DNA of 64,000 nucleotides from Ostrea edulis (lineage: Eukaryota). The stretch's first letter is position 1. Every line of letters starts with the position of its first letter. The DNA is taken from assembly GCF_947568905.1 (NCBI RefSeq), contig NC_079169.1:72974001-73038000 (forward strand), in the 5' to 3' direction. Shown here in pieces: positions 49,617 to 63,584 of the stretch. The notes under the pieces are model-generated. The model made no database searches. It saw only the letters and a program-made list of their open reading frames with translations, and was not told where the DNA came from. Both the position numbers and the translations under genes were made by a program.

Positions 49617-49959
49617 CACCATAAGGTAAATATAGACAAAAATAGTGGTCAGCATCATTTTACATTAATTCATGGTAAAATTAATATACAACATAATTAA
49701 ATGATGAAAAATCAGGTGGCAGAATCACAAGATGACATGATGAGTAGTGAAGCGGTCGCTCAGACGAGAGGACGAATGGTTTAACATCCAGAAGTTCGCG
49801 AGCGGTAAATAACAATTTCACTTAGAAATAAGTAATGACACAACTCAAGACTGCACAAAGTAGAATATCTGGTAATTATTAACAATTGTAATTCAAGGTA
49901 AAATGAATTAATGTAAAATGATGCTGACCACTATTTTTGTCTATATTTACCTTATGGTG
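49617..49959. mobile_element. MITE with perfect 57-bp TIRs and CAC...GTG termini
   Basis: CACCATAAGGTAAATATAGACAAAAATAGTGGTCAGCATCATTTTACATTAATTCAT occurs with its exact reverse complement. Confidence 0.8.
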
Positions 49960-50845
49960 GTGAACTATTATCTTATTTTATCGATCTCATCGACACACTA
50001 AGTTGTGAAGTTACACTTCCGTATTTACATATATCCTTGCGCACACTACTTTAGAAGGCGCCCAGATTCAAATCTTCATTTTTATAACAAAATAACGTAA
50101 TCTTAGATATTTTTATTCATTAAACTAATTACATAATTTAGTGTCAGTATTATATAGGCAATCCGGACAAGGCCTTATACTGTTCCTTAAATGTTAATAA
50201 AGGGTTTTAATTCAGCTTGTCCGGAAATTGGGAACTGTTCGGAATTTCCATAGATCCGTACAGCGTTTGGATTGGGTATAAATTTTCCGGACAAAAAGGA
50301 CAAACGCTGATTGGTCGTAGAAGGTTATATTAGGAACCCAGCTTCAGCATCTCGACACTCTTGAATCTTCATCCCTAGGGTTGACACATTCAGAACCAAA
50401 CCTTCAGAGAAAGTCTAAGGTATTCAAGATGATAAATCTTGTAGTGGATGATGCTAATTTCTATAAGAACTTTGCGTATCCGGACAGGACAGTTTTCGAG
50501 TACAGATATTATTCCAGTCATGTAGTGTAGTAGTTTGTTTATTTATAGTTCGAGTTATTAATTAGGGCTTATGACCGGAACATTTCTAGGAGTTAATCGT
50601 TTCCAAGTTCAGAGGTTTATTCGTTAGTTTAAGTAACGTTTATGTCTTAGGCCTAATAGTTGTTCGGATTCCAGAGTAGTTTACAAAACTAAGTTCACAT
50701 AGGTTATTCTTGTCCGGAATGAGTTGTCCGGATTTTCGGCATTATTTGTCCAGATTCCAAAGTAGTTTACCAAGCTAAGTTCACATAGGTTATTCTTGTC
50801 CGGAATGAGTTGTCCGGATTTTCGGCATTATTTGTCCGGATTCCA

Positions 50846-52150
50846 GGCGATTGTCACAATGCCGTGCCATCAAAACACACCAAGTACAAGAAAACAAACA
50901 GAAAACCAGTTTTTGACAAACTGCAAGAGAAGTGGCCGTAGGTGGGGTATGACAGTGAGGGCAATGTTATGTTTTGTATATATTGTCGGGAATTTCCAAC
51001 TTTCGTCAACTCCCGAGCGAATGATTTTGTAGTGGATGCAAACTTTTCAGAGTTGAGGCACTCAAATCTCACCAGACCAGTGACGCTTACGTAAAAATCT
51101 CCATGTCAAAGAATATGAGAGAAGAGACTCGTTTATCATGAACTTATTGATAAAACTTTATGAGCATCAAAGGAACAGATTGAATACATCATTTTTAAAA
51201 TATTACAGAGAAAATCACTAATCATGGACTTTGAAATCGATTGCCAATTGATACAGAAATGGGGGGTTGATCTTGGAAACAACTACCGTATTTGAATGCA
51301 AATCGTTGCAAAGATTGCATTAATTCAATAAGTAGTGCAATTACTAAAGTATTAGCAGTGGACTTTTAAAAACGTGCTAATTGTGTTTCATTCTCAGCAC
51401 AAACTTGTAGTAACTCGGAGCAAGAAAATGTCCTTCGGCGTTGTTATCCGCAGCTCTCGTACACCGGTGACTGCTCTCTATGACACTGTCATTTTGGAAC
51501 ATGGCCATGCTGAAGGCGTTTTGACTGGAATATTTCAGACTTGTCAAAGGAAAATATGAAAGCTACTAATGCAGGTCCAACATTGGTATGTGTCAACTTT
51601 GACGGACCTAATTTCATGCAAGGCAAGAAAGATGGGGTTGCAGGAAAACTCATTCAGTCATATGGTTACAGTGTGGTGTATTGCACACAAACTGCAGTTA
51701 GCAGTTTTGGATTCCTTGAAGAGTGTTCAATCATTAGGAAGACTTGAATCTACTTTGAAAGGTGTATAAAAGTACTATCATGGTTCACCAAAACGCCACA
51801 GTGAAGTACACGCTGCTGCAGATGTCCTGAATGTTGGCTTGGTCCACATTTCAGTTGTAAAGAATGTAAGTTGAATTAAATAAGTTTAATGAAATTGATG
51901 TCATGTTTCGTTTACAATATGGCAAAGAATTCTTAGATAAATAAGCAATTTCATTATGTAACACTTTACAGGTGAGATGGGTTGCTAGTCAAGGAAAAGC
52001 TTTGAAAGCAATTCAAATAAATGTGATGGCTGTCACTACACATTTGGAAGAGGCAGCCAGTAGGACAGACCACTATGCTGGGATTGCCAAAGGATTTAAC
52101 GTCAGTGTCTCTCCAGATGATAATCTTGCTCCTCACGAAAATATTAACAG
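50846..52150 (+). pseudogene. Degraded hAT-family (ZNF862-like) transposase
   Basis: Zn-finger-like piece W..GYD....MFC.YCR, then NFDG...MQGKKDGV, WCIAHKLQLAV, YKYYHGSPKR and RWVAS..KAL across frameshifts; GT-AG intron at about 51867-51972; TCCGGA-rich upstream region with a tandem duplication of about 85 bp (50680-50845). Confidence 0.75.
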
Positions 52151-52244
52151 CTGTGAAGGAGAAACTTCAAACGTACTGTGCGACTACATATGCCGGAAGT
52201 GGCGTAAATCAAATGTGGATTCTAAAACATTCTAATGAACCTTG

Positions 52245-53600
52245 AGTAAATGTGAAATCGCAAAACTTTTCTCAAATCAACAATATGACTTTTCAACACT
52301 TTACACGACCATTCCTCACGATAAATTAAAGACTAGACTTTTTGACATCATAGACAGTTGCTTCTTCAACAAAAATGGAAAACGGAAATATTCATATCTA
52401 GTGATCAGTCATCCAAAAATTGACTTTCTTAAACACCACTCTGATTCCACACACAAGTACTTTGAAGTTGAAATAAAAAATATGCTGGATTTCCTCATTG
52501 ACAATATCTTTGGTGATCAGGTCTTCCAATAGTCTGTTAGAATTTCCATGGGCACGAATTGTGCTCCTTTGTTAGCTGACCTCTTTTTATATTCCTATGA
52601 AGAAGAATGTATTCAAAAACTTCTACGTGAGAAGAAAAAAATATCTTGCTGTGGCCTTCAATTCGACATTTAGATATATCCACGACATTTTATCTATTAA
52701 CAATAATAATTTTCATAATCCCGTGGGGATCCGGATTAGAATAGGTCCTCAGTACCCCTTGCTTGTCGTAGAAGGCGACTAAATGGGGCGGTCCTTCGGA
52801 TGGGATCGAGAAAAAAACAAGGTCCCGTGTCACAGCAGGTTTGGCACGATAAAGATCCCTCCCTGCTCAAAGGTCATAAGCGCCGAGCATAGGCCTAAAT
52901 TTTGCAGCCCTTAACCGGCAGTGGTTACGTCTCCATTTGAGTGAAATATTCTCGAGAGGGACGTTAAACAATATTCCATCAATCAATCGTATGTCAATTC
53001 GATATATCCCTGTGAACTCGAAATAAAAGACACCACAGAGTCGTGCACTTCTGCTTCATACTTAGATATTTTATTGAAAGTAGATATTAACGGCAAACTA
53101 ACAACTCAACTGTATGACAAACGGGATGATTTCAGCTTCTCCATCGTCAACTTCCCATATCTATATAGCAATATTCCATTATCACCTGCATATGGTGTTT
53201 ACATCTCTCAACTGATTCGATACGCAAGATCTTGTTCTGTGTATGGTCAGTTTTTAAATCGAGGCAGGCTACTGACAAACAAGTTGAAGGTACAGGGGTT
53301 TCAACAGTCTTGTCCAAAGTCAGCATTTCGCAAATTCTTTGGTCGTTATAACGATCTAGTTTGCCAATTCAACCTATCATTGGGTCAAATGCTGTCTGAC
53401 ATGTTTCATAGCAATTGTAAGGCCGTTCTTGGCACACTGATTTTGACTACGGATTACTCCGTTTACCGCATCAAGATATAGGGCTCACGGCGGGTGTGAC
53501 CGGTCGGCAGAGGATGCTTACTCCTCCTAGGCACCTGATCCCACTTCTGGTGTGTCCAGGGGTCCATGTTTGCCCAACTCTCTATTTTGTATTGCTTATA
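52245..53600 (+). mobile_element. Penelope-like retroelement RT fragment plus 3' UTR
   Basis: YDFSTLYTTIPHDKLK, MGTNCAPLLADLF, TFRYI.DILSINN, LYDKRDDFSFSIVNFPYL; interrupted by a SINE-like insertion. Confidence 0.9.
52720..52987 (+). mobile_element. SINE-like repeat inserted into the PLE RT
   Basis: Splits the NNNNFH|SYV coding segment; family consensus with AATC tail. Confidence 0.85.
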
Positions 53601-54634
53601 GGAGTTAGGAGATTTTAGTTTATGGTATTTTTCACAGAAAGAAATTACCAAACGATACAAATTTGTGACGCTTGCTACCCTAATTCTACTGCGACATAAC
53701 ACCCCTGTGTTTAACGCTATATTTGAAAGACGTGAGACTTTCACCTCATGTGTTGGCGAAGGAACGGTAACTTATATGTGACGTCTTAGGTTTGATGCGG
53801 CGCCGGGGTCTAGAACCCGTGACTCGGTTGCTAAGCGAGCGCCATAACTACTGGGATACTGCGACCGGTAACTGCATAAGTAACTTTTGGAGAAAACTCT
53901 TCTTGGCTTATATGACTTGCCAAACAAAATAAGATTTAGAGAAAGTAATGCCATGTTCTGACGTTTGCCTCATGTATAAAACCTCACAATAAAGGTTGAT
54001 GCAAGTCAACTCTAGGTAGATCTTGACAATCGCAAGATAATCTGCACGTCAACGTTAACCCCATTTTACATTTATAGAAATTTGATCGAACTATCCACAA
54101 ACAACAAAGCCATGTACCTGAGGTTTAACAGCAGCAACATTTCATCATAGAACCATCACATTGTCACCGTGATATATCTTCTGAAGAAACCTCTCACTCT
54201 GTCCAACGACCATCAAGGACAAATACTTTAAGACACTCATCTGAAACCAGACTCAATATGCATCCACTGCATGTGCATTGATGATCAAAAGACGAAACAG
54301 AATTCGTAAATATGTTTTAATTTCAAATAAATAAATGCTTATCACAGTTTGGCAAAGAACTAGTATAATTTCATACAAAGTCATGCATCTTGGGACGGAA
54401 ATTACTCAGCTATGTATAAAATGTAAATGCATAAATTTTCACATCTGGCGACAAATGTTACATGTATACATTCATAATTCCGTAAATGATTAAAATGTAG
54501 TCGATGACTAGTGTAGATTATAAAGGTATTGACATCGGGATTTTGTCAATACAAAATGAGTCAGTAAGTGAAATAAGCTTTACCCAAATGGTCTTTGAAA
54601 AATAATTAATACACTGGTATTAAAATCAATTTCA

Positions 54635-54959
54635 TTAGCTTTCACGTAAAGCCTCCTCAATTCTATCCTTGTTGTCGGACAACCATCTGTCAAATGTCAT
54701 TGCATGTGGGTTTAATCTTTTCGTTAGTTTGATGTCTCTCAACGATTGTTCGGTTTGATAAAATTCAAACATAGCAGCTAAATCCTTAGCGCCTGGAAAC
54801 TGAAATTTCTCCATATCTTTTACCCTAATCTGGAAAAAAGTTCAGTTGTGTAATGATAATCATATCTAAAATCATTTCATCTGAATTTATATACACTTGA
54901 AGTTGGAAATAATATCATAATTTTTTCATAACACTTGAAAGGCATTCTTACACGCGTAT

Positions 54960-55022
<63 letters not shown>

Positions 55023-55192
55023 TAAACAATTAAATAAAATATGACAACACCTTGTAAAACGTAAGCGCTCACATAATTTGTTTTCATAATGTATAACGTC
55101 TGAAGATTTTTTTTAAAAAATGAAAGCGCTTACGTTTTACAACATGTTGTCATAATTTATTTAATTGATTACCGGACACAGGCAATTTTCAC

Positions 55193-55260
<68 letters not shown>

Positions 55261-58200
55261 TGCTTACCTTTGGGTCCGTAAATTTTCTGTTGTCAAAATG
55301 TCTGTTAAATGTCTCGACAATGTCTTCCATAGAGAGTTTCTCCACAGATATATTCAAAGTCTTTCCGTAATACTGCTTTGGCTTGCTCAATATTGATACG
55401 ATGACGTCACCAACATCTTCTACCGACATTGCGTCGATTTCAGTGCCCTCTAACGGCAAGGCTGTAATAACAATCTTTTTGTGCTAATTTCATATATCAA
55501 TCATCCGTTATTATTAATTATATTAATAACATGAAACTAATATAATTCAGAATATATTGGTATAAGCTTATAAAATCTTTTAAGATTTTTATAATAAATC
55601 TTATAATAATTAAGCTTACTGTAAAATGACATGATTGTGATGTTTGCATAGTTTAAAGGTCAGAAATAAAAGCAAAGATTATTTTGTGTGTGTACATTTC
55701 ACTTTATAGAGAACTCCATTTCAGCATGCTTGATACAAACAAATTAAAAACCGATCCATACGGTAAATCGTCAATTTACTTTTTGAAAAAAAAGATGTAC
55801 ATTTTGTATCTAATTATCATTTTTGAAAAAAAAGACCAATTTGGTTTGCAGCAAATGTTGTTAATTTTAAAGTGTTAATTTTGTTCACTTACCTACAGTA
55901 TAAACGGCATGTTTAAGTTTATGTGGCTTGAAGACTGTATAAAAATTCTCAAACCAAAATGGGAGACGTAAAATAGTGAAATTTATACCTGTAAATTTGA
56001 AATTTAAAAAATATGAATTACCAGCTTAATTAGTACTGAATGAAATGAATAACTTGTTTCACACTTAACAAACTGAATAAATTATGTTATCATTTACAAA
56101 CATAGTATATCAGCGATTCCTGGTACAATGTGTATAAATAGATATAATAAAATCTCTGCAGTTAAAACTCATGTTAGTAAAATAAATTCTCAATTGTTGA
56201 TTAAATCTTTTTAAACAAAGAAGATATTAGTTTTGTTAATAAATTTCAATATGTCAAAATTGTTACACATCCATAGATGAGCTTATACACAGGGAACTAG
56301 AATACGGCCATTTTACCGTTATTCACCACACCATTCTACAGAAACGAAGAAAGAAAGTTTGAATATAAAATAATTTTAGAGAATATTCAAAACTTAAATA
56401 TTGTAAAACATTGTTGTATACCTGTGTGAATTCAAGCAAGAGGGAAAAACTACTTATCCATATGTTACAATATAGAATTACTTTCGATTATACCATATAA
56501 AGATCGATATCCTAGCTACCCTGAATTGTACACAAGGAAAAAGACTATCTCATTCGGGGAAGACAATTTCATGCGGGGAAAACATGATGGTATATACATG
56601 TACAGTGGTGAGATTAACGAAAATCGTGTAGTCCTACAAACTTAGTGCGGCGTAGGTTTACCTGTTGAAGACCCTGAAACACAGCACAAAATTCATTTAA
56701 TTATTTATTCAAATTTAAATACTTTTGACCAAAACCTTCAAAGATAAAAGATATTAATAGGAAAAACTTCAGTAAATCGTTACATTATCTCTTTTTCATT
56801 TGAAAATACGTTTAACTTTAACTTAAGTAAAACAAATGATGAAACACTTCACACACATAGAGTATGGGTGATTTACTGCGGATGAATTTTGTTGTGATAA
56901 AGACAAACACTGTGATCATCTGTGTAATAGATTTTTTTAAGGTATGCAATCTCTTCAAAATGTCGGACATTGCTCCAGGAAGGTTAGACAACTCTTGAAA
57001 GAATGGACTTTAGACAAAGGGATTGATTGATTGAATATTGTTTAACGTCCCTCTCGAGAATATTTCACTCATATGGAGACGTCACCATTTCCGGTGAAGG
57101 GCTGTAAAATTTTGACCGATGCTAGGCGCTGACGGCCTTTGAGCAGGGAGGGATCTTTATCATGCCACACCTGTTTTGACAAGGGACCTCGGTTTTTGCG
57201 GTCTCATCCGACGGACCGTCCCATTTAGTCGCCTCTTACGACAAGCAAGGGGTACTGAGGGCCTATTCTAACCCGGATCCACACGGGGACATAGTCGCCA
57301 TTATAAATACAGAAAACTATCCCAGTACCTAAATTCATTCCTCATGCAGCCAAATAAACAAATACTAAGAAATTCCAAGAAATCTGCCTCATCCCTTTTA
57401 GGGTTTTTGTTTCAATAGGATATCAGTTGAACCTGCTGTGGGTATTATCACAAAAAATATAAAACCCAAGATAAAGGTACAAACGACAAATTGAAACTGA
57501 CGGACGGACATGGATTAAATGTTACACACTGAAAGTGACGAGATGTATTGGGCTGTCTTCAAAATCTTTTACTAACTGATCATTTTACCCGTTTACAACC
57601 ATACAGTACAGTATTTGTTTAACCTTGTTTGGAGTCTGTCTCGAACATTGCGTAGGGATGTGCTACCACAAAGGGTGTGTTCATTGCGATTCAGTTAACC
57701 AGACATATACATACTTGTACATTGTTGGTATTTATTAGGAGAGTGGGATCCCGTGCTGTATTTGTAAAGCTAGTGGTGGGAGTTGCATTCATTAATATAG
57801 GGCGAAGGAAAAGTAAGTTTCAAGGATTTTCGACAATACACATTAATATCTGCGGAAACATTAAAAAGTGTGTGTTTTTTTCTGCAGAAAACTTACCGAC
57901 TAACTGCACTGTTAAGAGCATGCAACTACATTTATATCATATATTGGTGCAAAATGAATTACAACGTTTTATGTAAGTGAAACATTTCTTTAACCCTGAA
58001 TCTTTCATTCACAACAGTATTGTCTTTTATTATTATTTTTAAAAGGCCACATGAAATTCACCCCAGATGAAAACATATCTGAAGCATTTGGGTATCAAGG
58101 GGTGCGGTTTATCACCAGGTGACGTTTAGTACATACAAATCTCACTTACCCACTAGCCCCTCTGTTGCGAAGTAAACACATATTTCATAAAGATCGAAAT

Positions 58201-61200
58201 ACGTTTAGAATTTAGCACCAACATAAAGATATTCAAAGATATGTAAATGCCTGTCAATTTGTGAATGTATTACTATTAGCTATTGTCCATGGTAGCATCC
58301 GATTTTGTAAATGTCTTTTGAAGATTTATCATCACATCATTATGGCATTGGACAGCTGTTTGTATAATTACAACCAACGTTTTTGTGTATTGAGTTATAA
58401 TTTATTCTGGGCTGTACGTTTCTTGTATTAAAAAAATAAAAACAAGATTGAAATTTGTTACCCTCTGAAACACACATATGAATAAAAATAAGAAACTATA
58501 TCTACATGCACACCACACATAACTCAAAAGTAGCTCTATAGTTGCTAAGTAATGTGCTTCTGCAAAAATATTCACCGTAATTTTTCAAAAACACAGTGCC
58601 CACAAAGACTCCTGCAACAAGAGGTACTGTGAGCAATGCTCACTAAGAATACCCCCCGCTTACTCCAATCTCCCAAAGGGTGTTGGTAATAGGTATAAAC
58701 TACCTCTTTTCTGAGTGTAAAAAACAAATGGCATGACAAACCGAACCATATTGCTACTTCGATGTCCAGTGCGCGTGACCTTTGACCTTTTGACCCCAAA
58801 ACCGATAGGGAACATCTTCATCCCATGGGTAGTCCATATGTATGATATGGTGACTGTAGGTGGAAAGGATAACGCTTTAGAGCCCGGAAACCATATTACT
58901 ACTTCAATGTCCAGTGCACTTGACCTTTGAACTTTTGACCCCAAAATCGATAGGGAACATCTTCATCCCATGGGTAGTCCATATGTATGATATGGTGACT
59001 GTAGGTGGAAAGGATAACGCTTTAGAGCCCAGAAACCATATTGCTACTTCCATGTCCAGTGTGCTTGACCTTTGACCTTTTGACCCCAAAATCGATAGGG
59101 AACATCTTCATCCCATGGGTAGTCCATATGTATGATATGGTGACTGTAGGTGGAAAGGATAACGCTTTAGAGCCCGGAAACCATATTGCTACTTCGATGT
59201 CCAGTGCGCTTGACCTTTTGACCCCAAAATCGATAGGGAACATCTTCATCCCATGGGTAGTCCATATATATGATATGGTGACAGTAGGTGGAAAGGATAA
59301 TGCTTTAGAGTCCGGAAACCATTGCGTCTACGGACGGACGGACGGACGGACAGACGGACAACCTGATTCCAGTATACCCCCCCCCCCCCACAACTTGTTG
59401 CGGGGAGTATAAAAATGAAGGAAAGCCAAACAGCTAAACAAAGACTGCACTTCGCCATGTGCATTATCTCCACGAAATTGCTTCGTCACAAGAGAAACGA
59501 CAATGCCCAGCATAATTTCATTTTCTATTCAAGCCTATAAAATTGTTTTAAGTGTGTTTACTTATTCCTTTTCAACCCTATCCTAAATTGTTTGCAGGTT
59601 TTGTTATGGTTTTTGTTTTGGTTCCAATTTGCATCCATTTAAAACAAGAGGCCCATTGGCCACATCGCTCACCTGAGCAGCAGTTCCAAGCAATAAACAA
59701 AAAACTACTATAAATTTCTTATTTTACGCGAGTACTTATTGTCGCAAAAATGAATCATCGACGTCAAATCTTTGTAGACGGGCATGACCTTTCATATCAA
59801 CAAATTTCATCTAACCTAAGGATGTTTTGTGCCAAGTTTGGTTCCCTACACGTGACATTCGTATGTAAAACTTTGATCCCCTATTGAGGCCCCACCCTAA
59901 CTGCAGGGGTCATATTATTTACAAATTTGTATCTCCACTTTCTCATGAAGCTTTCATGTAAACTTCAGCTTTTCTGGCCTAGTGGTTATTGACAAGAGTT
60001 TTAAATGACCCGATCCTATTTTTGTGATTATCACCCCTTTGAAGTTGGCATGGCCCTTCATTTGAACAAACTCGAATCCCCTTTACCTGAGGACGATTTG
60101 CATTAAGTTCGATTGAAATTGATCCATTTGTTTTCGAGAAGATTTTTCTTTATATCAGCATGTAAAACTTTGACCCCTTTATGTGGCCCCACCCTACTCT
60201 CGAGGGCCATGATCTGAACAAATTTGAATCTACTCTATATCAGAAAGCTTTCAGATGTAAAACTTATACGGTACCAATTTTGATGCACCAGATGCGCATT
60301 TCGACAAATAATGTCTCTTCAGTGATGCTCAACCGAAATGTTTGAAATCCGAAATAACTATGAAGTTTTAGAGTTCTCTACTCCTCTGCCCAAGGGGTTC
60401 TTGAGAAGATTTTTTGAATTTTTATAAATTCGTATTTATAACTTTGGAAGCTTTCATGTAAATTTGAGCTTTTCTGGCCCAGTGGTTCTTGAGAAGATTT
60501 TTAAATGACCCCCACCATATTTTTGCATTTTTTGTGATTATCTCGCTTTTGAAGGGGCATGGTCCTATATCTGAGCAAACTTGAATCTCCTTCACCCAAG
60601 GCTGCTTTGTGCCAAGTTTGGATGAATTTGTCCCAGTTGTGCTGGAGAAGACGATGAAATTGTGGAAAGTTTATGACGACGTCGACAGACAAATTTTGAT
60701 CAGAAAAGCTCATTTGAGCCTTCGGCTCAGGTGAGCTAAAAAGGTTGTGGTCATTTCCCCGCAGTAAACAAGCTATAAGAACTACTGTTATTGAAAACAG
60801 AAAAACAGCGAAGTTGATTACTAAAAGCAATACCATTAATGGCAGAAATGTTAGCTAAGCAGAACAAACAGGTCTTGTGTATATACAGAATAATACTGAT
60901 ATTATCTGGATAAATTTAAGCTAAATAGAAGTCACTGATATTGTTAATGTAGATCCATGTAAAACCATAAGAGAGAATAGACAGCTGCCCCCTAATTACC
61001 TATTTCATTCGTTGAAACCTCTGTTACAGAAAAATATTGCCATTTCAGAAAAAATATCATTCAAGTTAAATCAATACTCAACTCAAATTAAATAATTTTC
61101 TAATGTAAGACAATGTTTGATATGTCGAAATAATTATTCAAAAGTTAATGATCTTAATATATATGTTTAATACGTCAAAATATCTATTTATAAGTTAATG

Positions 61201-61507
61201 ATCTTAGCACGTACATAAATATATGTTCATATTATATCAACCAAGTACGTGCAACTCTACCGTTAATAACCCATTAAGTCTTTTGTTTCAGTTTGTTTTA
61301 GTTGCATTTAAAGCTGTTTTATAACGTACAGAATCAATATCGTGTGACCTTAAACATTGATGTCCCCTAAGACTTTGGACCCCATAACCGAGTGTTTTTT
61401 CTACCTATTTGATCAAAAAGGTGGAAAGAAAAACTCTTTCACGCACCGAAGGGACTTCTGACGCGTTAATTAGTAATATAAATTTGACCTTTTCTGAACT
61501 ATTGATG

Positions 61508-61541
<34 letters not shown>

Positions 61542-61633
61542 GCTTACTCCTCCTAGGCACCTGATCCCACCCCTGGTGTGCCCAGGGGTCCGTGTTTGCC
61601 CAACTATCTATTTTGTATTGCTTGTAGGAGTTA

Positions 61634-61682
<49 letters not shown>

Positions 61683-62869
61683 AAGATGACGAACAGTAAA
61701 ATGAATACATACATGTGTATCCGTGTGTGAGCCTAGCTAGCTGGCGAGGAGTTAAATTTTGCAGTCATAGTTATATAAAATACTAGTCTATACATATCTA
61801 TGTGTGTAAACTTGACTAGCGCTGGCGATGAAGTTAAATTTTGCGGTCATAATTTAAAAGTTATCGTGTTAACATAATTGCTTGGAACACAAGACAAGCG
61901 AAACCAACAAAACAAAATTATACCATTTCATTCCTGCTTTGATTAATGTGGACGACAGTCTCTTAAGGTCAATAAACGACATGCAACATAGATATCTGAT
62001 GGCTCCAAAGCGCTTTCTCAACTCACTGATCAATGCCATTTTATATTTGAAAATTCTGGAATAGCTCAATAGAGGATGATTCCAAGTTTTAAAAAAAACA
62101 ACTCCGAACACCCCAATCCAATTTGTAAATAAAAAGAAAAGAAAAAAAAGCCGAACGCGCTCTTATTGAAAAAACGCTCGAAGCTACACCATATTGTTTT
62201 AACCTTAGTTACCGTCATCCATGAACAAGTAACCTATTGTTCTAACCAAACACGAACACTTACCCGGCATCACAGAATTAACGCCAGTCACGTCTACGGA
62301 GGGATTGTCTTTGTAAAGCATTAAGCAACAAGATATGATAGATGACAACAATTCATTTTAAAGTTTATGTGTAAATTTTAAACGTTTCATCATGACTTCC
62401 TGTGTTCTTTCAAGCGTGTCTATTTTTCATTTGAGTGTGAAATGATGTAAAGCATATTACATGTAAGTATCAACGACGTAGTTTTACGTTTACGAAGCAG
62501 TCTGAGGATTAAACTGTTGTAGACTGTCTGCTAACATATACATTATTTCCTCCATCAGATTCTATGTATTAATGGATTGAATAATCAAAAATCTTGAATT
62601 TAATGAGAGTTTAAGGAATTCACGTATTTAAAAAAAAAAATACATGAATTTGCAAAACACGTAACATGGCGAATGAGAGAATGATATCTCCTGCTAATGG
62701 TCGTAAATGGAGAGGCACACTCACCCACTTCTCGGATATATTCTTCTATGGCCGACTTGGAGTCCAGATGATTGCATTCTTTTCCTATGATTTTTTTAAC
62801 GTTTTCTGACCCATTAAATATGATATGCTTCACTCCACATTGTATAGCTGCATCAATAGCATTGAGTCC
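54635..62869 (-). CDS. NMRAL1: NmrA-like family domain-containing protein (last four exons; 5' exons outside the window)
   Basis: Exons 62869-62725 (GLNAIDAAIQCGVKHIIFNGSENVKKIIGKECNHLDSKSAIEEYIREV), 55988-55893 (GINFTILRLPFWFENF), 55461-55268 (AMSVEDVGDVIVSIL) and 54829-54635 (FPGAKDLAAMFEFY...TFDRWL, stop); GT-AG with consistent phases. Confidence 0.88.
55021..55173. mobile_element. Small palindromic MITE in the NMRAL1 intron, between (TA)n tracts
   Basis: GGTAAACAATTAAATAAAATATGACAACA..TTGTAAAACGTAAGCGCT pairs with AGCGCTTACGTTTTACAACATGTTGTCATAATTTATTTAATTGATTACC. Confidence 0.7.
57025..57290 (-). mobile_element. SINE-like repeat (intronic)
   Basis: Reverse-complement family consensus with (GATT)n tail. 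Confidence 0.8.
58616..59415 (-). mobile_element. Helentron/HINE-like element with four about 146-bp core repeats
   Basis: AACAAGAG..GTGAGCAATGCTCAC palindrome at one end; four near-identical units at 58740-59318; (GGAC)n microsatellite; TATACCCCC...GGGGAGTATAAAAA at the other end. Confidence 0.75.
59643..60742 (+). mobile_element. Helentron/HINE-like element
   Basis: AACAAGAGGCCCATTGGCCACATCGCTCACCTGAG start and GGCTCAGGTGAGCTAAAAA end; degenerate core repeats; hosts hammerhead copy 3. Confidence 0.7.
60285..60328 (-). ncRNA. Minimal type I hammerhead ribozyme (copy 3, inside 113-bp element 60258-60370)
   Basis: The element is identical base for base to 3823-3935. Confidence 0.85.
61540..61636 (+). 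mobile_element. Short PLE 3' UTR fragment flanked by (TA)n tracts
   Basis: ATGCTTACTCCTCCTAGGCACCTGATCCC...GGAGTTATGA lies between two TA microsatellites. Confidence 0.75.
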
Positions 62870-63584
62870 CTGAAAACATAGTGTTTATATATCAGGGCAT
62901 GCCTGGGTCAAAACAATTCATGTTATATAAGGTATTTTAGATATATATGAACCATGGACAGTGTTTTTATTTTGTATGATATCTCAAACAAAGAAGATGG
63001 GATAAGGACATTCTATAACCCCCATTTGAGAATCACTTTGGTGAAAACTCAATATCATTATTTATCTTAAATAAGTAACAGTTAACGTATTCCAAATTCA
63101 CAGGAACTCAAAATGTTTTCACGATGGCCGAAAAACCCGACAAATTTAAAGCATAGGCTTATATTGCTTCGGAAAATATATAGCACACGCTTGACTACCT
63201 ATCAAACTTGTATATTTGTCCTCCTGTATCAACTGCAACTTTGGTATAAAAAATGTTACATAGAGAAAATGCGTGTTCCATATTTCCCAAAGCAAAATGT
63301 ATGCCAAATTATCCATATATGCTCATCAAATCTGTGTCTTTAGTCACTTACAGTCATGATGATATATTTTTACCAAGGCATCTTCTCGAAATAAACCTTT
63401 ACTAGGTTTCACAGTTTGTTTTAAATCTATTTTGAAAATGAAGGCCACATTGGACCCTTATCTTACCTTATACATTTACACGTATGATTCTCGTAATACA
63501 ACCTCAACGTATTTACATGTATGATTCAAATAAGCTGTCATTTTGATTTCTTAGGGAATATCAACGCCGCATGATGATATTGTT

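Noticed and set aside
56850-57020. Additional NMRAL1 exon
   Set aside because: No NmrA-like frame; exon 62869-62725 already joins 55988 in phase and sequence.
58572-59513. Series of similar short ORFs (MGSKGQRSS..., MKMFPIDFGVK...)
   Set aside because: Translation artefacts of the 146-bp tandem repeat, whose period is not a multiple of three.
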